A stretch of DNA of 64,000 nt from Candidatus Bathyarchaeia archaeon (GTDB lineage Archaea; Thermoproteota; Bathyarchaeia; TCS64): assembly GCA_050014495.1 (NCBI GenBank), contig JBEKDF010000003.1:32001-96000 (forward strand). Reading direction: 5' to 3'. Shown piece after piece: positions 59,129 to 64,000 of the stretch. Each line of letters opens with the position of its first letter. The first letter of the stretch is position 1. The notes under the pieces were generated by a model. The model had not been told where the DNA came from and did not search any database. It worked only from the letters and a program-made list of their open reading frames with translations. The translations under genes and the position numbers were made by a program.

Positions 59129-59177
59129 CTGTATACATTGTCCATTATCTGTATACAAAGGCGGGAAGCTGTAGACA
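59129..59177. promoter_or_regulatory. three CTGTA(T/G)ACA boxes at exact 20-bp spacing
   Basis: 59129-59137, 59149-59157, 59169-59177, directly upstream of a CTTAAGTA TATA-like box. Confidence 0.65.
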
Positions 59178-59211
59178 TACGCTTAAGTATGATCACCGGG
59201 TTGTCTTCTCA

Positions 59212-59262
59212 ATCGTCGAGGTAGAGTAGGTTAGAGACTTCTCTGACCCTCTACCAGACGAT
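59212..59262 (+). promoter_or_regulatory. long 5'-UTR hairpin of the surface-protein gene
   Basis: ATCGTC/GACGAT, GGTAGAG/CTCTACC and GGTTAGAG/CTCTGACC nested pairing. Confidence 0.65.
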
Positions 59263-59284
59263 AAACAAGGTGAAAAATGAAAAA

Positions 59285-61750
59285 ATGAATGGTAAAAAAA
59301 CTCTACCATTGTTAGTAATTGCTACTCTAATGCTATCACTTCTACCTTCAATTATGTTTGCTCATGCTGCTGCATCAATCACTTCTCCAATTTTAGACAC
59401 ACACTATCAGAAAGGTGACACCATTAAAGTAATAGGTACTGGTGTGGTTTCTGGAACAACCGTCCAACTATACTGGGATGATGCCACTATCGCCTGGAAC
59501 GGCGTAAAGGGTCTCACGAACTCAACCACCGGAGCCTCGGATGGTACATTCGAGGTCTGGATGGATGTACCTGACGCCATCTATGGCGTCCACTACCTCT
59601 GGATAAAGGACTCCAGTGGCAACTTTGCGTCCCTAGAGATTCTTGTTGAACCTCTACTAGATTTGAGCTCCAGCTCAGGTCTCGTGGGAGATTCTATTAC
59701 TGCTAAAATGTCTGGTTTTGCGAAGTCCGCTGCCATCACCCTTACTTGGGATGGTAATAGCCTAACTACCGCAACAGCTAACTCACTCGGTACAGCGACA
59801 GCATCGTTCAAAATTCCAGCGGATACCTCTACACTTCACACAGTTACAGCCTATAACGTAACCGATACAACCCCACCCGTAACTGTTTCTACTACCGCTG
59901 GCTTAACTATAGGCCCCGTAATAACTGTGAGTCCTACTTCCACTAGTGTGGGTTCGCTTGTTACGATCACAGGCAGAGGCTTCTATGGCACTGCAGCCTT
60001 CATCCCCGCTGTGACACTCGTTCTTGGAACTAGTGTATTCCCCGCCTACATCACTACTACTACTCCCATAACACTTGACTCAACAGGGAGAATCAGGTTA
60101 ACCTTCGTAGTTCCCTCGGTTGTCGATACGAGTGATAGCTACGTAATTAGCATCACCGTTAGTACATACACGGCCACTGCAGACTTTGAGGTAACGGCGC
60201 TGTCAGATATCACTGTCACTCCTGAGTGGGGTGCTACGGCTTCCTCAATAACCATCACTGGTGTGAACTTCCCTAAGATTAGTGGCAAAGAAATTGACAT
60301 TACCTTAGGTACCATACCTGTTGGAACCGTAAATACTCTATCTGATGGTACATTCAGCAAGGTCTTCAGAGTTCCTGCGACTGAACTAGGTACACAGACT
60401 CTACTCGCTCAGACGGCTGACGCCTACTTGGTCTACGCTACTACTAACTTCAAGGTTGGCTCCATGAACATCATCCTAAGTGATGACTCTGGTCCAACTG
60501 GACTGAATGTTGGCATCACTGGTAATGGCTTCCAATACCCGGGATCATTTAATGCAACTATAGGCGACACGACTCTAGATGTCACTGGTACAGTTTCAAG
60601 TGCCGGTTTAATCAATGACTATTTCATGGTACCACAGTTACCGGTTGGCACCTACACAATTACTGTGTGGGATGTCGCCTCTGAGATCATGCTAACTACT
60701 CAATTCAAGATAACTTATACAACACAAGTCACACTTAATGTTCCTAGCGCACCAAACGGATATAACGTAACATTCACAGGTATAGGGTTCTCTTCTACGG
60801 CCTTGAACGATCTTAATACTCTGATCTACAACACAACTAGTACTGGCGCTACTGATTGGTGGATGCCAATCACCCTGCTTAACAAAGCAACCAACGTCGC
60901 CCTTCATGCACAAACAGATGACAACGGTAACTTCACCGCTTACTACGTCGTTGACGACTCAGATACCATAAGCAAGGGTAACTACTTATTCAACGTTACA
61001 GACGCTAGCGGCGACTATTCTGTCACCGTACCCTTCGTTGTTGGCGCCACCCACATAGTTGCTACGCCTCGGAAGGCCTCCTTCGCAATTGGGGAAACAG
61101 TCTCCTTCACGCTGGAGCACACATTCGGTTTGACAACTAGCTACTTGAAGATCTACGACCCAAGTGGGAACATATACTACCGTGGAGATCCGCTCGCCAT
61201 CTGGACGAGTGTGGGTACATACAAGGTTGCACCCTACTCAAGCCAGACCGCTGGTGGTAACCCAATGACACTCGTCGATGATGCACCTACTGGCACGTGG
61301 TCCTGGAAGTGGTACGATCCAGTCGCTGATGAGAACGTCGCAACTGGTACCTTTAATGTGACCGCTTCAGCAGCTATTCAAACTGATGTAGCGATCGCTG
61401 CCCTAGCCACACAGGTAACGGCTCTCACAAACAACTTAAACACTTTGAGCACGACCGTTAGCACCGTCTCATCCACAGTTACCGCCGCGTCTGCAGCCGC
61501 CACCGCAGCTTCACAGGCTGCAACAGCCGCCGCGACTGCAGCAACAGCAGCGAGCACCGCTGCCACCGCCGCAGGCGGGAAGGCAGATGCCGCGACCACC
61601 GCAGCGAACACAGCCGCAACCGCAGCACAGGGCGCACAGTCCGCAGTAAACGGCCTCACGACGCTAGTCTACGCAGCAATAGGCGCAAGCCTGGTGGCTG
61701 CACTAGCAGCAATCGTGGCGCTGATGCAGATCAGCCGCAAGATCGCGTAA
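59285..61750 (+). CDS. large cell-surface / S-layer-like protein
   Basis: Signal peptide, Thr-rich beta-strand Ig-like repeats (G..ITI.G.GF), several NxT/S sequons, Ala/Thr stalk, C-terminal TM plus SRKIA. Confidence 0.8.
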   Translation: MNGKKTLPLLVIATLMLSLLPSIMFAHAAASITSPILDTHYQKGDTIKVIGTGVVSGTTVQLYWDDATIAWNGVKGLTNSTTGASDGTFEVWMDVPDAIYGVHYLWIKDSSGNFASLEILVEPLLDLSSSSGLVGDSITAKMSGFAKSAAITLTWDGNSLTTATANSLGTATASFKIPADTSTLHTVTAYNVTDTTPPVTVSTTAGLTIGPVITVSPTSTSVGSLVTITGRGFYGTAAFIPAVTLVLGTSVFPAYITTTTPITLDSTGRIRLTFVVPSVVDTSDSYVISITVSTYTATADFEVTALSDITVTPEWGATASSITITGVNFPKISGKEIDITLGTIPVGTVNTLSDGTFSKVFRVPATELGTQTLLAQTADAYLVYATTNFKVGSMNIILSDDSGPTGLNVGITGNGFQYPGSFNATIGDTTLDVTGTVSSAGLINDYFMVPQLPVGTYTITVWDVASEIMLTTQFKITYTTQVTLNVPSAPNGYNVTFTGIGFSSTALNDLNTLIYNTTSTGATDWWMPITLLNKATNVALHAQTDDNGNFTAYYVVDDSDTISKGNYLFNVTDASGDYSVTVPFVVGATHIVATPRKASFAIGETVSFTLEHTFGLTTSYLKIYDPSGNIYYRGDPLAIWTSVGTYKVAPYSSQTAGGNPMTLVDDAPTGTWSWKWYDPVADENVATGTFNVTASAAIQTDVAIAALATQVTALTNNLNTLSTTVSTVSSTVTAASAAATAASQAATAAATAATAASTAATAAGGKADAATTAANTAATAAQGAQSAVNGLTTLVYAAIGASLVAALAAIVALMQISRKIA

Positions 61751-61761
61751 ACAAATCCCTA

Positions 61762-61782
61762 TCTTTCTTTTTTTTCTCATTT
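61762..61782 (+). terminator. oligo-T archaeal terminator
   Basis: TCTTTCTTTTTTTTCTCATTT just after the stop codon. Confidence 0.55.
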
Positions 61783-61842
61783 CAGATCCCCAGCGGAAGC
61801 TGGGATCACTCTTTCGACATTTTTTTAAACCACCGAGTGTAG

Positions 61843-62826
61843 GTGCGTAGGATGCTCTCCCCCGTCGTCGTTGGTGCTCTAACAGAGACGGGGGTCATCA
61901 TAATCCTCTGCGTAGGCTTCACCTTCACCTACATGGTGGAGAAGTTCCCAAACTTCGCCCACACCGCCGTCGCTACGATTGGAACCGTGTTGAGCTTCTC
62001 CCTGGTTAAGATTTACGGCGTCGAACCCTACTGGACGATTCCCTTCTCGATGGTGTTCTGTGGTCTAGTTGGGCTTCTCCTCTATGTCATGATCGTTCGC
62101 CCGATCAAGGCGACTGGGGGTCGGGAGATCACACTAACCTTCGCTTTCTTCGTCGTCGCAGTGATGATAGGATCCCTCGTCAACATGTACAGTTACTGGT
62201 TCCTCCTGAGTCAGGGTTCCCCAACCTCCGGGTTCAGCCTCGTCTCCAACGACTTCCAGTGGGGGGGATACCCCGGAATCCTCCTTGTAACACTTCCCAT
62301 CTGTGCCGTTCTAGTCGCCGCCCTGTACCTATTCCTCACAAAGATGAAGCAGGGCATCGCCTTCAGAGCCGTCGCCGAGGATGAGACCCTCGCATCAAGC
62401 CTCGGCGTAAACATCAACTTCATCCACTTACTAAGCTGGTTTATAACTGGGGCCCTCGCTGGCCTCGCAGGGGCGGTGATCCCCCTTTGGCAATACACTG
62501 GACTCGGCTACAGCGACGCATTTCTAGTGATCGTAATGTCTGGGAGCGTCATTGGTGGCCTCGGCAGCGTTGCCGGGGCAGTGATCGGAGGCTTCCTCAC
62601 CGCTGTCTCCCAGAAGGTGCTCACGGCACTAACCATAGCCGTCTTCGGCATACAAGCAGCGGACTACGAGTCTCTTTACCCCACGATCTTCATATTTATC
62701 GTACTCATGCTCGAGCCACATGGAATAATGGGAATCTTCGAGAACCCACATCACCCCATCAGGACGCTTAAGAATGATATAGCTCGTGTCATTAGTAAGT
62801 TATCAGCGTTAATCCACGCCACTTAA
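61843..62826 (+). CDS. branched-chain amino-acid ABC-type permease (LivH-like)
   Basis: GFT.TY....FPNFAH, G.AFRAVAED..LA.SLGVN, VIGGLGS..GAVIGG. Confidence 0.85.
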   Translation: MRRMLSPVVVGALTETGVIIILCVGFTFTYMVEKFPNFAHTAVATIGTVLSFSLVKIYGVEPYWTIPFSMVFCGLVGLLLYVMIVRPIKATGGREITLTFAFFVVAVMIGSLVNMYSYWFLLSQGSPTSGFSLVSNDFQWGGYPGILLVTLPICAVLVAALYLFLTKMKQGIAFRAVAEDETLASSLGVNINFIHLLSWFITGALAGLAGAVIPLWQYTGLGYSDAFLVIVMSGSVIGGLGSVAGAVIGGFLTAVSQKVLTALTIAVFGIQAADYESLYPTIFIFIVLMLEPHGIMGIFENPHHPIRTLKNDIARVISKLSALIHAT

Positions 62827-62851
62827 ATGCGATGCCGCAGTCCTTTAGGCG

Positions 62852-64000
62852 ATGCCCGAGTCGAGCGAGGGTTGGAGGAGCCTCTTCCCCTACGACCCCT
62901 ATCCTCAGCAGGTCGACTTTATGAATGATGTCGAAGGGACACTCAGCATGGGGGGCACCCTCTTCGCGGAGGCCTGCAACGGCTTCGGTAAAACCGTATC
63001 AGCCATCAGCGCTCTGCTCCCCCTCGGTAAACAGATTGTCTACGCCACAAGAACCCACGAGCAGGTCCGCCAAGTCCTGGCTGAGGTAGAAAGAATCAAC
63101 ATCCACGCCAACGCATCCTACACCGCCGTAAACCTGGCGAGCCGGGATCACCTGTGTCTGAACTCCGACTGCCGGGGTCTACCGAGCGGGGAAGCACAGG
63201 AACTCTGCGGAGTCCTTCGGAAAGAAGAGAGGTGCCCCTATAGATCCGATTTCACGGAGGCACCCACTGGGCTCCCAAAGGTACTCTCTGTTGATACCCT
63301 AATCGCCACAGGAAGAAGAGCAAGACTCTGCCCTTATTTCTTAGCCCGGAGGGTCGCCAAGACGCGACGCCTCACAGTATGCCCATATCCCTATGTATTT
63401 GATCCTAAAATTAGGCTGATGACCGGCCTCGATCTTGAGGGAAAAATGCTCGTCCTCGACGAGGGTCACAACGCTGACCAGATTAGCCAAGATACCCTAA
63501 GCGATACTCTCAGCGACCGAAGCCTAGCTGCCGCCTCAGACGAACTAAGATCCGTCGGCCTCAACAAGACCCCCCTCAGGAGACTCGAAGACCACCTAGC
63601 CGAGACTGTAACAGACCAGCCCACACTAGTTAACGCAGAGGAAGCGTACAAGAACATCGCCACAGCTCTAGGAGGAGACCTAACTACATTCACCGAACAC
63701 TACACCCCCGCTGTCGAGTCCATCCGGGAGAGGAAGGAGAAAGCCGGTGAACCACCCCTCAGCTACCTAAATGGCGTCATCAACTTCATAGAACTACTCA
63801 TCGAGAGCCGTAAAGACAAGTACATCGCCATCTATCAGAAGGGGAGATACGGCTCGAACCAGCTAGAATACCGCTGCCTCGACCCCAGCCTCGCCATAGG
63901 CCCCGTAATCACCGAATCAGCCGGCACACTCATAATGAGCGGAACTCTAAGCCCCCTCCCCCTATTCGCGGAGATCCTAGGCCTACACAGAGCCAAACTC
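62852..64000 (+). CDS. xpd: XPD/Rad3-family Fe-S helicase (runs off the window end; not in the ORF track)
   Basis: FPYDPYPQQ Q-motif, EACNGFGKT, YATRTHEQ, ASRDHLC..C..C..CPY Fe-S ligands, LDEGHN, MSGTLSP. Confidence 0.9.
   Translation, partial: MPESSEGWRSLFPYDPYPQQVDFMNDVEGTLSMGGTLFAEACNGFGKTVSAISALLPLGKQIVYATRTHEQVRQVLAEVERINIHANASYTAVNLASRDHLCLNSDCRGLPSGEAQELCGVLRKEERCPYRSDFTEAPTGLPKVLSVDTLIATGRRARLCPYFLARRVAKTRRLTVCPYPYVFDPKIRLMTGLDLEGKMLVLDEGHNADQISQDTLSDTLSDRSLAAASDELRSVGLNKTPLRRLEDHLAETVTDQPTLVNAEEAYKNIATALGGDLTTFTEHYTPAVESIRERKEKAGEPPLSYLNGVINFIELLIESRKDKYIAIYQKGRYGSNQLEYRCLDPSLAIGPVITESAGTLIMSGTLSPLPLFAEILGLHRAKL

Noticed and set aside
300..63693. Numerous antisense or overlapping ORFs in the track (e.g. 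16130-16696, 25473-26033, 27817-28368, 33912-34409)
   Set aside because: They are shadows of well-supported genes on the opposite strand or frame, with no family motifs.

Overview
Archaeal chromosomal segment, most consistent with a TACK lineage such as Bathyarchaeia. The basis is TFB, eL13, RadB, CarS, pantoate kinase and an XPD helicase; the taxonomy is inferred from gene content only. It is mostly housekeeping and metabolic: two ilvBN copies plus ilvC, gcvPA/PB, thrC, ZnuABC, GH116, MgtA, a membrane PPase, uL13-uS9-eL13, tRNA-Gly(GCC) and a large surface protein. Five elements stand out. (1) Both ilvB paralogues carry the same leader architecture: two back-to-back mini-ORFs starting ATGGGG[TA]AT, 45 nt apart, a branched-chain amino-acid codon at position 6 in all four, a hairpin conserved in structure but not sequence, and a shared CTACGATTT. 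This is a candidate archaeal leader-peptide or RNA sensor for branched-chain amino acids. (2) A ~0.8 kb non-coding, strand-biased, ~10-11-bp-periodic repeat tract marked by three AATGGTACCATT palindromes. (3) A complete NHEJ set (Ku, ligase-phosphoesterase fusion, primase-polymerase) coupled to DUF72. (4) An AT-rich islet with an integrase remnant and a frameshifted methyltransferase-Mrr fusion. (5) A pair of RHH-type regulators followed by three 20-bp-phased TGTATACA sites and a 5'-UTR hairpin upstream of the surface-protein gene.
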